The notes beneath the pieces were generated by a model. It ran no database searches. It was not told where the DNA came from and worked only from the letters and a program-made list of their open reading frames with translations. 64,000 bases of DNA. It comes from an uncultured Spirochaetota bacterium (GTDB taxonomy: Bacteria; Spirochaetota; UBA4802; UBA5550). Shown piece after piece: positions 20,083-29,801 of the stretch (position 1 is the stretch's first letter; every line of letters begins with the position of its first letter). The position numbers were made by a program, and so were the translations under genes. The stretch lies in assembly GCA_937872225.1 (NCBI GenBank), contig CALMRZ010000033.1:16315-80314 (forward strand), read 5' to 3'.

Positions 20083-20279
20083 GGAAACCCCGCCTGTTGT
20101 GAATTATATGAAATAATCACGGTGCGGGGGCGGAAGTCAAGAGCATTTCAGACCGTCGGGGCGGGACCTGCAGGGCACTGCCGCGACCCCTCCAGGTTTA
20201 ACCCAGTCATTTTTAGTTGACAACCGGCCGGGATGCTCCTTATATAATAACCATACCAAACCGATCATGGGGGCATGAT

Positions 20280-22478
20280 ATGGAACAGCAATATGACCGG
20301 AACCTGCTTCTGGGTCTGCCGCGGCGTGTTTTCCTGACAACGGACTTCATAGCCTACACTGTCATTATCCCCTTTACCGCCCTGATGTCCTATTTCATGA
20401 TCGATATCAGCGGGACGCAGACGATTGTATATTTTTCCGCCATCCTTCTTCTCATTGGCGCCGCATGCACCGTAACGGTCATGAGCTACCGGAAGCTCTT
20501 CTCGCCGATTTTACTCTATTTCAACGCTGTCCTGGAATCGCGGGAGGTCACCGACAAGGAGTTCTACCTTGCCAAGAAGACCTTCTTCTCGCTTTCCCGG
20601 CGGCGGTGCCTGGAGGCGCTCATATCCTGGTGCATCCTCATGCCCGCCGGCATGCTCCTGGTGGCGCTCCTGTTCAACCCGACCCTGAAGGCCATTGTCA
20701 TCATCATGTCCCTCTTCTTCATAAACGCCATCGCCATGTCATGCACCTATTACCTGGCGATAGATTTCAACACGAGGGCGATAGCCCGCACCGGGATCTT
20801 CTCCCGCGTGGCCGAAGGAGAGGAGAAGCTGAAGAGCCGCATGAGCACGTCCCTCGCGCTGGTCATCATATCCTTTATCGCCGTGTTCTGCGGCCTCGTT
20901 GTTCCCGTCGCCTATGTCATAATAGACAAAACGGTGTACGGGAGCCGCCTTGAACAGATGAATATCGCCGTTTCCCTCATCAACGGCCGCGCCGCCGCCG
21001 TATACGACAGCGATAGTAACGACAGGTCGCGCCTGCAGGCCGGACTCAGGGATGCCGTGAGCGAAGCGCGGGGGAACGGCCGGTATGCGGTCATCATCGA
21101 CGGCGACGGGACCATAATCGCCCACCCGGACGAGTCAATGGTTTTCAAGAAGGCGTCGGAATTCCCCTGGGGGCCGCGCGTCCTCGCGGCCGACGAAGGG
21201 TGCTTTGATTTCAGGGACGGCACAGGCGGAGACCGCATGATCGCCTGTGGATCGAAGAACAGGGCCTACAGCTTCAAGGTGGCCTACATAACCAGCCGCG
21301 CCGAGATTGACGGGCTCTGCAAAACCATCGTGCTCGTCATGGTCGGCTTCGCCGCCGTCATGCTCGTCGCCATCGGATTCGGCATTTACCGCCTCATCAC
21401 CTACCGCCTGGCGCCCCTCGAGGAATGCCGCGCCGTCATAGAGGAAACCGGCCGCGGCAACCTCCGCCAGAACGTCATCAGCTATTCCACGGACGAACCG
21501 GGAAATATCCTCCTCACCATGAGCTCCTTCCTCGGCGAACTCCGGGGCGTAGTGGCGAGCACCCAGGGCGTGTCCGGCGACCTAGCCAGCGCGTCCCTGG
21601 AAATGTCGGCCACGGCCGAGTCCTTCTCGGCGAACGCCCAGCACCAGGCGTCGACAGCGGAAGAGGTGACCGCCACGGCCGAAGAGGTGTCGGCGGGCAT
21701 CGACAAGATCGCCGACGATACCCAGCGGCAGTACGAGGGGATCACCCTCCTCCTTTCGCAGATCAGGGACCTCGACCGCAGCATCAACGAGACCTCGGCG
21801 ATGATCCGGGAGGCGGCAGACGTCTCAACGCAGATATCCCTCAAGGCGCGGGAGGGCGAACAGTCCATGACCGGCATGAACAGCGCCATGACCAGGATAA
21901 TCCAGAGCTCGGAGGAGATGACCGGCATCGTCAAGATCATCAACGACATTTCCGAGCGGATCAACCTTCTCTCTTTGAACGCCGCCATCGAGGCGGCGCG
22001 GGCCGGCGACGCGGGCCGGGGCTTCGCCGTCGTCGCGGACGAAATATCGAAGCTCGCGGACCAGACCGCCACCAGCATCAAGGAGATCGACCGCCTCATC
22101 AAGGCCAACACGGAACAGATCCAGAGCGGGATGGTATACATCGGCCAGACCACCCGGAACATCGGCGCCATCATCGAGGGCGTCGCCACCATCACCGGCA
22201 GGATGGGCAACCTCACGGAAAACGTCAGGCACCAGGTGGAAATAAAAGATTCCGTGAGATCCGAGGGCGATGCTGCCCAGGGCCGCTCAGACCAGATCCG
22301 GATTGCCACGGACGAGCAGAAGAGGGCCATGGATGAAATCGTCAGGTCCATCACCCGCATCAACGAGCTGACCCAGTCCATTGCCGCGGGCACCGAGCAG
22401 ATGACGGCCAACCTGAAGGGGATCGAACAGATGGCGGAAACCCTTAAGGAAGGGATCGAGTATTTCAAGCTTTCATAG
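20280..22478 (+). CDS. Methyl-accepting chemotaxis protein (multi-TM N-terminal sensor, HAMP, MCP signalling domain), paralog of 12559-14790. The ORF-track TTG start 20217 is rejected.
   Basis: [29 protein letters not shown] tip motif; start at MEQQYDRNLL (ATG 20280). Confidence 0.9.
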   Translation: MEQQYDRNLLLGLPRRVFLTTDFIAYTVIIPFTALMSYFMIDISGTQTIVYFSAILLLIGAACTVTVMSYRKLFSPILLYFNAVLESREVTDKEFYLAKKTFFSLSRRRCLEALISWCILMPAGMLLVALLFNPTLKAIVIIMSLFFINAIAMSCTYYLAIDFNTRAIARTGIFSRVAEGEEKLKSRMSTSLALVIISFIAVFCGLVVPVAYVIIDKTVYGSRLEQMNIAVSLINGRAAAVYDSDSNDRSRLQAGLRDAVSEARGNGRYAVIIDGDGTIIAHPDESMVFKKASEFPWGPRVLAADEGCFDFRDGTGGDRMIACGSKNRAYSFKVAYITSRAEIDGLCKTIVLVMVGFAAVMLVAIGFGIYRLITYRLAPLEECRAVIEETGRGNLRQNVISYSTDEPGNILLTMSSFLGELRGVVASTQGVSGDLASASLEMSATAESFSANAQHQASTAEEVTATAEEVSAGIDKIADDTQRQYEGITLLLSQIRDLDRSINETSAMIREAADVSTQISLKAREGEQSMTGMNSAMTRIIQSSEEMTGIVKIINDISERINLLSLNAAIEAARAGDAGRGFAVVADEISKLADQTATSIKEIDRLIKANTEQIQSGMVYIGQTTRNIGAIIEGVATITGRMGNLTENVRHQVEIKDSVRSEGDAAQGRSDQIRIATDEQKRAMDEIVRSITRINELTQSIAAGTEQMTANLKGIEQMAETLKEGIEYFKLS

Positions 22479-22505
22479 GAAGACACGGTCACATGACCGC
22501 GTCTT

Positions 22506-23135
22506 CTACGAAAAATACCCGTGGACCGCGTGGAGGTCCCGCCGCGCGGCGATACGCTCCTCCAGTTCCTCCCATAGATTCTCGCGCTGCGCCGGCTGCA
22601 GCTTTTCCGGCACGGGAAAATTTTTCATGGTGCGGCGGAGCAGATCCGGCTCGTGGATGAGGATGCTGTAATAGAACCAGTCCCGGGCAAGACGCGCGGC
22701 ATACAGGACCTCTTCATCGGCAAGGCCTTCCCGGGCCGTGCAGGTAAAAATCTTTCCCCGGTAATTGAGAAAGCATTCATGACGAAGGCCCGGCTGTCCC
22801 TCTTCGGGGCCGAGAAGGCACCTGGTGATTCTTTCCCTGCTGATAAATCCGACGAAGGGACACCGGGGACAATCCGGGAAGATCGCCGGAATGGAAATAT
22901 CAAAAAGCGCATTGGAAGGATCGATGTAATAAGAACCGGTCATAGCGCTCCGGCAGGCGTTCATTTTTCTGACCAGGAAATCCCTGCTGTACGCCTTCCT
23001 GATCATGGCGCGGCGGACAAACAGCGCTTCACATTCCTCCCGGGAAGCTCGGTAATTATGGCTGCCGCAGCAGAGGGAGCATGACGCGCCGTAGCCGGGA
23101 CGGCAGATGTTGACGTTCCCATTCATCACAGGCAC
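22506..23135 (-). CDS. Cysteine-rich hypothetical protein (possible metal-binding; CxxCC and CPxCP motifs), divergent from the gatA-aspS fusion gene.
   Basis: 209-aa ORF with CSLCCGSH, CPRCPF and multiple other Cys; no confident family assignment. Confidence 0.4.
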   Translation of the reverse strand: MPVMNGNVNICRPGYGASCSLCCGSHNYRASREECEALFVRRAMIRKAYSRDFLVRKMNACRSAMTGSYYIDPSNALFDISIPAIFPDCPRCPFVGFISRERITRCLLGPEEGQPGLRHECFLNYRGKIFTCTAREGLADEEVLYAARLARDWFYYSILIHEPDLLRRTMKNFPVPEKLQPAQRENLWEELEERIAARRDLHAVHGYFS

Positions 23136-23368
23136 CAGTGCATCATCCTCGGCATTTAGTCAACCATCTTACCCGTCCGTGTGTTTTTGTAAGTGCCGCT
23201 GCATATTGCGAGGGGAAATGTTAAGCCTGTGTAAAATAACAACAATAAATCACGACATCAATGAAACAGCTATTGACAGTATAACGACAAAATAATTACT
23301 TTACCTTTGTTTAACAGCCTGCCGGATAACAGCGGACTGTTAAGATTATTGGCAAACGGGAACAACAC

Positions 23369-26254
23369 ATGACCGACCTCACCGGAAAAACCTCTGAAGA
23401 GATACTAGCCCTGGTGGAAACGCGCGAGCTCTCCTGCGAAGAACTGGTGCGGCACAGCCTCTCCCTCCATGAGACCTATGATCCCGTGCTGGGCTGCTTC
23501 ATCTCCGTGTACCCGGAGGAGGACCTCTTGGACCAGGCCAGGGAAAGCGACCGGCGCAGGGCGTCCGGCGCCCCGAAGGGGCCCCTGGACGGGATACCCG
23601 TCGCGGTGAAGGACAACATCCACTCCCGCGGCGCCGCCACCACCTGCGCCTCGGCGATCCTTGAAGGATACATGCCTCCCTATGACGCCACCGCCGTGGC
23701 GCGGATAAAAGAAAGCGGCGGCATCATTTTCGGAAAGACGAACCTGGATGAATTCGCCATGGGCTCCACCTGCGAGAACTCATCGGTCAGGATAACACGC
23801 AACCCCTGGGACATCGGCCGCGTGCCGGGCGGGTCCTCCGGCGGGTCCGCGGCGGCCGTGGCGGCGGGGATCGTGCCCCTGGCCCTGGGAAGCGACACCG
23901 GCGGATCTATACGGCAGCCCGCCGCCTTCTGCGGCATCGCGGGTCACAAGCCGACCTACGGCCTGGTATCCCGCTACGGCCTCGTGGCCTACGCGTCATC
24001 GCTGGACCAGATCGGGCCCCTGGCACGGGACACCTTCGGCTGTTCCCTGCTCCTGCGCGTCATCAGCGGCTTCGACCCCCACGATTCCACGTCGCTGTCA
24101 TCGCCGCCTGACTTCGCCGGAATATCCGGCAACGCCCTGAAGGGGACCCGCATAGCGGCCCTCCCCGAGCTTTTCCAGGAAGGGGTGTCTCCCCTCGTGC
24201 GCGAGCAGTTCGAGAATTCCCTCGCGACACTGAGGAATCTCGGCGCGACCGTGGAGCAGGCGCCCATGGCCTCGCTCCATTACGCCATATCTGCCTACTA
24301 TTTCATCGCCTGCGCTGAAGCCGCCTCCAACCTTTCACGCTACGACGGCGTGAAATACGGATACCGGAGCGGGAGCCAGCGCGACTACCAGGAGATGCTC
24401 TTCACCACCAGGTCCCGCGGCTTCGGCCGGGAAGTGAAAAAGAGGATCCTCCTCGGCAATTTCGTGCTTTCGTCCGGCTACTACGACGAGTACTACCGCA
24501 AGGCCCTCAAGGTGCGCGCCTATATCCGTGACGACATGATGAAGCTCCTCCAGAAATTCGACGCCATCGTCATACCGACAACGCCGGACATCGCCTTTCC
24601 CCTGGGAGAGAGCCAGAGCGACCCGATGAAGATATACCTTTCCGACGTGACCACGGTCATCGCCAACCTGGCCGGGCTGCCGGCCCTGTCGGTGCCGGCC
24701 GGAATGGTCCACGGCATGCCGGCGGGACTCCAGTTCATCGGGCGTCCCCTGGATGACGGCAGGCTCATTGCCATGGCAGGCGCCTTCGAGAAGGAGCGTG
24801 GCGCCGCTCTCACGCCCCCCATGGAAAGGATACTCGAAAACGACGCCCTGCCCGGGGCAGCGGTAAAAAAAGAAAACGGCCGCGAAGAGGATACGGCAAC
24901 CGCCTACACCCCGGAATTCATCGGCTCCATTTCCAAATCCTACATGAACCGCGAAAGCAGGATGGCGGACCGCGCCTATTGCGGCGGTCTCGCCGCCCAT
25001 CTGAACAAGCGGGTCACCATAGGCGGCTGGATCCACCGGAAAAAAAGCCTGGGCGGCATCGAGTTCTACGAGCTCCGCGACCGCACCGGCTTCACCCAGC
25101 TTGTCCTCGAGGGAGGAAAGCAGGACGAGCGGATCGGCCTCGAAACGGTGGTGGAAGTCATCGGAAAAGTAACGAAGGAGGACCGGAGCCCCTTCGACAG
25201 CATTGAAATAAAAGTGGAATCATTGAAGATACTGGGCAAGGCCGAGGCGAACCTCCCCGTGCCCCTGAACAAGCCGCCGGGAAACGTCACCCTGCCGACC
25301 ATTCTCGACAACAGGACCATCTCGCTGCGCAATCCCGATATTCTCAGGGCCTTCAGGCTCCAGTCGGAGATCGTGCGGCTCTTCACGGGGTATCTTCACG
25401 CCAACAGCTTCACCGAGATCAAGAGCCCGAAGATCATCTCCTCCGGGACCGAGGGCGGCACCAACATCTTCAAGGTCAATTATTTCGGACGCACCGCCTT
25501 TCTCGCCCAGTCGCCGCAGTTCTACAAGCAGATCATGGTGGGGAGCGGCCTTGAGCGCGTTTTCGAGGTGGGCCCGGTGTTCCGCGCCGAGCACCACGAC
25601 ACCATCCGCCACCTGAACGAGTACATCAGCATGGACTTCGAGATGGGCTTCATCCGCGACGAGCAGGACGTGATCGACATGCAGGAGGGCCTGCTCCGGC
25701 ACCTGTTCGACGAGCTGATAAAGAACACCGGCGGTCTCCTCGACGACGGCGGCGCGTCACTCACCTTCCCCGGCAGGATACCGCGGATACACTACCTTGA
25801 AGCGCTGGAGATCATCCGGTCCGCCGGCGGCCGCCTCGAGGAAGGCGACATCTCGCCGGAAGGGGAAAAGATACTCTGCAGTCATTTTGAGAGGGAGAAG
25901 GGGTCCCAGTTCGTGTATGTCATCGGCTACCCGGTCAAGAAGCGGCCGATGTACACCATGCCGGACGAGCGCGTTCCCGGCTACACCCGGAGCTTCGACC
26001 TGCTGTACCGCGGCATCGAGATAACCACCGGCGGCCAGCGGATCCACGACTACGAGATGCTGAAGGAAAACATGAAGATGCTCGGCTTCAACCCGGCCGA
26101 GTTCCGGCATTATCTTGAGGCCTTCCGCTTCGGCATGCCGCCCCACGGCGGCCTTGGCATGGGGCTGGAACGCCTCACCATGAAGATCATGAATCTGAAG
26201 AACATCCGGGAGGCGAGCCTCTTCCCGCGGGACATCAACCGGATAACGCCATAG
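23369..26254 (+). CDS. gatA/aspS: In-frame fusion of the Glu/Asp-tRNA amidotransferase A subunit (GatA, amidase; residues ~1-490) with an archaeal/eukaryal-type class IIb aspartyl-tRNA synthetase (AspRS2, likely non-discriminating; residues ~540-961).
   Basis: The N-terminus has the amidase signature GGSSGGSAAAVAAG and the GatA-like tail AFEKER. After a ~50-aa linker come an OB-fold (VTIGGWIHRKKSLGGIEFYELRDRTGFTQLVL) and class II motifs (FRAEHHDTIRHLNEY, SGGQRIHD, GMPPHGGLGMGLERL, FPRD). It is a single 961-aa ORF with no stop. Confidence 0.8.
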   Translation: MTDLTGKTSEEILALVETRELSCEELVRHSLSLHETYDPVLGCFISVYPEEDLLDQARESDRRRASGAPKGPLDGIPVAVKDNIHSRGAATTCASAILEGYMPPYDATAVARIKESGGIIFGKTNLDEFAMGSTCENSSVRITRNPWDIGRVPGGSSGGSAAAVAAGIVPLALGSDTGGSIRQPAAFCGIAGHKPTYGLVSRYGLVAYASSLDQIGPLARDTFGCSLLLRVISGFDPHDSTSLSSPPDFAGISGNALKGTRIAALPELFQEGVSPLVREQFENSLATLRNLGATVEQAPMASLHYAISAYYFIACAEAASNLSRYDGVKYGYRSGSQRDYQEMLFTTRSRGFGREVKKRILLGNFVLSSGYYDEYYRKALKVRAYIRDDMMKLLQKFDAIVIPTTPDIAFPLGESQSDPMKIYLSDVTTVIANLAGLPALSVPAGMVHGMPAGLQFIGRPLDDGRLIAMAGAFEKERGAALTPPMERILENDALPGAAVKKENGREEDTATAYTPEFIGSISKSYMNRESRMADRAYCGGLAAHLNKRVTIGGWIHRKKSLGGIEFYELRDRTGFTQLVLEGGKQDERIGLETVVEVIGKVTKEDRSPFDSIEIKVESLKILGKAEANLPVPLNKPPGNVTLPTILDNRTISLRNPDILRAFRLQSEIVRLFTGYLHANSFTEIKSPKIISSGTEGGTNIFKVNYFGRTAFLAQSPQFYKQIMVGSGLERVFEVGPVFRAEHHDTIRHLNEYISMDFEMGFIRDEQDVIDMQEGLLRHLFDELIKNTGGLLDDGGASLTFPGRIPRIHYLEALEIIRSAGGRLEEGDISPEGEKILCSHFEREKGSQFVYVIGYPVKKRPMYTMPDERVPGYTRSFDLLYRGIEITTGGQRIHDYEMLKENMKMLGFNPAEFRHYLEAFRFGMPPHGGLGMGLERLTMKIMNLKNIREASLFPRDINRITP

Positions 26255-26267
26255 AAGGGTCACGGCC

Positions 26268-28037
26268 ATGACAGAGAAAAACCCCATCAACATTGACCGC
26301 CTTATAGACCTCGGGTCCTTCGAGGTGACCGGCGCGGAGAAGCAGCAGTTCGAGGGCGAGCTTGCCGATTTCCTGGAGTATGCCCGGGTCATCAACGGCG
26401 CGCCGCAGCACCTGCCGCCGGCAAGCCACGCCGTTGACAAGGAGCAGCTCCTCCGCGCGGACGAGGCCTCGCCATGGAAGGAGCGCGAGTCCCTCATCGG
26501 CAACGCGCCGGCGCTGCAGGGCACGAGCTACCTGGTGCCGCCCCTGGCGGGAATCTCCGGCACCGCCAGGGAGCAGGAGCCGCGGACGGGCAAACCGGGA
26601 AGCGGCGACTACGAGGTCGTCATCGGCCTGGAGGTACACGCCCAGCTGAACACCTCGACCAAGCTTTTCTGCTCATGCCCGACCTCGTTCGGGAGCGACC
26701 CCAACAGCAACACCTGCCCGGTATGCTCCGGCCAGCCCGGGGCGCTCCCCGTTCTGAACCGCGAGGCAGTGTCCATGGCAATCATGGCCGGCCTGGCCAT
26801 GGGGTGCGCTATCAACGGGCGTTCCCTCTTCGCGCGGAAGAACTATTTCTACCCGGACCTGCCCAAGGGCTACCAGATATCGCAGTTCGAGGAGCCCATC
26901 TGCAGCGGCGGCGTCGTGGAAATCGAGCTGGATAAGGCCACAAGGAAAATACGCCTCAACAGGATACACGTTGAGGAGGACGCCGGCAAACTGGTGCACG
27001 TGGGCGCCCCGGGGATCTGGGGCTCCAAGGCGAGCGCGGTCGACTACAACCGCTCCAGCGTTCCACTCATCGAAATCGTGTCCGAGCCGGACATCTCTTC
27101 GCCGGCCGAAGCCCGCGAATTCATGGTGATGCTCAGGGCCATCCTGGTGACCCTGGGGATATGCAACGGCAACATGGAAGAAGGAAACCTCCGGTGCGAC
27201 GCAAACGTGTCCCTGAGAGAACGGGGGGACACCGAGCTGGGCGTCAAGGTGGAGATCAAGAACATGAACTCCCTGAAGGCGATCGAGCGCGCCCTCGCCT
27301 ACGAGATAACCCGCCTCGAGCAGATGAAGCGCGCCGGCACGCCCATAGAGCAGGAGACGCGGCTCTGGGACGACAGCTCCCAGAAGACGGCCCTGATGCG
27401 GAGCAAGGAGGAGTCCCACGACTACCGCTATTTCCCGGACCCGGACCTGCTGCCCCTCACCGTAACGGACGAATGGATCGAGTCTGTGCGCAGGGCGCTC
27501 CCGCCGATGCCCCTGGAGCGGAAAAACAGGTACGAGCGCGAATTCTCCTTCACCGAATCCGAGGCCCGGCTCTTCATGGTCAATCCGGCGTACGCGGCAT
27601 TCTTCGAGAAAGCGCTGCTCTCCTACGGCAATGCCCGGAACCTGGCAAACTGGCTCTTCTCCGAGCTCCTTTCCCACGAGGACGATTTCGACCGGCTCCA
27701 TGTCACGCCGGAGGACTTCGCGAAATTTTTAAAGAAGATAGACAGCGGAGAGATCAGCGGCAGGCAGGGCAAGGACATCCTCCGCAGGGCCTTTGCGGAC
27801 AGGAAAGGGATCATTGAAATCATTGAAAGCGAAGGCCACGCCCAGATCACGGACCGCGCTTCCATCGAAAAGGCGGTGGACAACGTCATCGCGTCCCACC
27901 CGGACCAGGTCGCGGAATACCGGAGCGGCAAGACCCGGGTGCTGGGCTACCTCGTCGGCGCGGTCATGAAGGCCACCGGCGGCAAGGCCAACCCGGCCCT
28001 CGTGAACGAGGTCCTCACCGAGAAACTGAAGGGTTGA
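26268..28037 (+). CDS. gatCB: In-frame fusion of GatC (residues ~1-108) with GatB (the remainder) of the tRNA-dependent amidotransferase.
   Basis: GatC-like N-terminus (IDRLIDLGSFEVTGAEKQQFEGELADFLEYARVIN...SHAV...NAP...YLVPP) followed by the GatB start VVIGLEVHAQLNT..KLFC.C, and a C-terminal YqeY/GatB tail. Confidence 0.8.
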   Translation: MTEKNPINIDRLIDLGSFEVTGAEKQQFEGELADFLEYARVINGAPQHLPPASHAVDKEQLLRADEASPWKERESLIGNAPALQGTSYLVPPLAGISGTAREQEPRTGKPGSGDYEVVIGLEVHAQLNTSTKLFCSCPTSFGSDPNSNTCPVCSGQPGALPVLNREAVSMAIMAGLAMGCAINGRSLFARKNYFYPDLPKGYQISQFEEPICSGGVVEIELDKATRKIRLNRIHVEEDAGKLVHVGAPGIWGSKASAVDYNRSSVPLIEIVSEPDISSPAEAREFMVMLRAILVTLGICNGNMEEGNLRCDANVSLRERGDTELGVKVEIKNMNSLKAIERALAYEITRLEQMKRAGTPIEQETRLWDDSSQKTALMRSKEESHDYRYFPDPDLLPLTVTDEWIESVRRALPPMPLERKNRYEREFSFTESEARLFMVNPAYAAFFEKALLSYGNARNLANWLFSELLSHEDDFDRLHVTPEDFAKFLKKIDSGEISGRQGKDILRRAFADRKGIIEIIESEGHAQITDRASIEKAVDNVIASHPDQVAEYRSGKTRVLGYLVGAVMKATGGKANPALVNEVLTEKLKG

Positions 28038-28057
28038 CACCGAACCGATAGTTATCG

Positions 28058-28096
28058 GTGCCAGAGTAAACGGGATTGCCATTTACTCTGACACCG
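28058..28096. terminator. Strong hairpin (13/14-bp stem, 11-nt loop) between the convergent gatCB and M24-peptidase genes; candidate bidirectional terminator.
   Basis: ggtgccagagtaaa / tttactctgacacc inverted repeat read from the sequence. Confidence 0.45.
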
Positions 28097-28102
28097 GTCT
28101 TG

Positions 28103-29329
28103 TTACGATATCACCTCGACTCCCAGAGGGTACTTCGACAGCGCTTCGCAGCCATCCTTACCGATAACTATCGGGTTCTCATACCGGAACCCGATGTTCT
28201 CATCGGGACAGGCGTACTGCATGGCGCAGATGAGGACCTCGTCCTCCCGGTAGACATGGTCAGGATTGGTCCAGTAGGGAAAGGGCCCATCGTTGAGACC
28301 GATGCGCCACTCGTCGCCCATCATGCCGATGCCGTGCTCGAACCCGGGCACCATGTAGTCGGAAAATCCGCCATCTTCCGCAAGGGCCATCATCTTCTCC
28401 GCGAGCTGCGACGGCGTGATGCCCGCGCGGTATGTCTCGAGGGTCGCCTTGACGATCTTCAGGAAATTATCGGCGTGCCACATCTGACGGTCCGTGGCAG
28501 ACCCGATGATGTAGTTGTGCGAATGGTCTCCCAGGCCCAGCTTGAACATGGCGTGGATGTCCACCATCAGCGGCTCTCCCGCGGCGAGCTTCTTGCGGGT
28601 CGCCGGGGTGCAGGCGCCGCCGGCCAGTCCCGTGCGGTAGCCGCAAGCGATCTCGTTTCCGCCGGTGAAGGACCACTCCCACTCGCTTCCGGCGCGGCGC
28701 ATGGCAAGGGCCGCAATGCCTGCGATCTCGGTTTCGGTCATGCCCTTCCAGCCGCCTTTCCCGATGGCCGCCCGCACAGCCCGGTGCCCCTCGTCGACTA
28801 TGCGCGATGCCTCGCGGAACCGGTTTATGGTGCCCTTGTCCTTGATGAGGGCCAGGGCGTCGATGATGGTGTGGGCATTCACCAGCTCGGAACCGGACAG
28901 TGCGTCGCGGTACTGCTCGTACTCGTAGTGGGTGAGCCATCCCTCGGGCAGGTAATTGGACATGCCGCTCTCTATGCCGACCCTCCCCTTCCCCCCGGGG
29001 AGAAGGTCGCGGATGAAATCCGCGATCTGCTCGATCTGGTCCTGGCCTCCCATGGGGGCGAAGCCGCGGACGTGTTCCTCATCGAGCCAGGTGTCGTCTG
29101 CCACGCGGGCCGCGTCGATGACGAAGGTGAAGGCAGTGGGCATCCCCTCCGCCGGGATCACGACGAAGCTCCGCCAGGGGCAGAAGGCGTCGAGGGTCCA
29201 GGAAAGGGTGCGGAGGCGCGAGCCGAGGTAGCAGTCAATCTTCTGCTTCGCCATCTCGGACTGGATGTTCTGTATCCGCTTCGGGAAATCAATGTAATAG
29301 GGATCGCCGGGGTTCAGTTTCGTTGTCAT
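28103..29329 (-). CDS. M24-family metallopeptidase (Xaa-Pro aminopeptidase/creatinase-like). Start reassigned to ATG 29329, which has a consensus AAGGAGG RBS.
   Basis: Creatinase N-domain plus pita-bread fold with HGIGMMGDEW and metal-ligand His/Asp/Glu pattern. Confidence 0.75.
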   Translation of the reverse strand: MTTKLNPGDPYYIDFPKRIQNIQSEMAKQKIDCYLGSRLRTLSWTLDAFCPWRSFVVIPAEGMPTAFTFVIDAARVADDTWLDEEHVRGFAPMGGQDQIEQIADFIRDLLPGGKGRVGIESGMSNYLPEGWLTHYEYEQYRDALSGSELVNAHTIIDALALIKDKGTINRFREASRIVDEGHRAVRAAIGKGGWKGMTETEIAGIAALAMRRAGSEWEWSFTGGNEIACGYRTGLAGGACTPATRKKLAAGEPLMVDIHAMFKLGLGDHSHNYIIGSATDRQMWHADNFLKIVKATLETYRAGITPSQLAEKMMALAEDGGFSDYMVPGFEHGIGMMGDEWRIGLNDGPFPYWTNPDHVYREDEVLICAMQYACPDENIGFRYENPIVIGKDGCEALSKYPLGVEVIS

Positions 29330-29339
29330 GGCCGCCTCC

Positions 29340-29741
29340 TTAATATTCCGCGTCAATTTTGGCGATGACCTTGTTCAGCCGGTCCACCACCGAGGCAAGT
29401 TTCAGCGCCTTCACCATGTTCCCCTTGAGCTTGAGCTTTCCCGTCATGAGGGCCTTCTGCGCGCCCAGCTCGGCCCGAGATATTTTCGCGAAGATATCGT
29501 AATCGCCGGTGATGACGAACTCGGCTTCCGGCGGATTGCCCTCGCCGGTTTCTATCGCGGACAGCGCTCCCCCGTCGAATTTAACGTGGAAGAAGCGGTC
29601 CTTGCCGTCGGGACACTTTTTGTAGATATTGGACATGGACGACGAGATGCGGTTCATCTTCTCCGGGGACAGCTCAGCGGTAAGAAGCCTCTCCGCCTCA
29701 TCGCGCCATTCAGGGCTCAGGTATTTTACTTTTGCCGTCAT
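29340..29741 (-). CDS. SCP2 (sterol carrier protein 2-like) lipid-binding domain protein.
   Basis: AGGAGG RBS; LMTGKLKLKGNMVKALKL SCP2 hallmark. Confidence 0.7.
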   Translation of the reverse strand: MTAKVKYLSPEWRDEAERLLTAELSPEKMNRISSSMSNIYKKCPDGKDRFFHVKFDGGALSAIETGEGNPPEAEFVITGDYDIFAKISRAELGAQKALMTGKLKLKGNMVKALKLASVVDRLNKVIAKIDAEY

Positions 29742-29801
29742 GAGAAACCTCCTGATGGAAATAAAGTTGAAGCATAATGATTGCATAATCATGCCCGGGC
29801 G

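Noticed and set aside
23136-23368. T-box or other leader riboswitch upstream of the aminoacyl-tRNA-related fusion gene
   Set aside because: No T-box consensus (AGGGTGGNACCGCG) and no specifier/antiterminator architecture visible; only a TTGACA -35-like box.
26673-27701. 342-aa minus-strand ORF inside gatCB
   Set aside because: Antisense shadow ORF; low-complexity composition.
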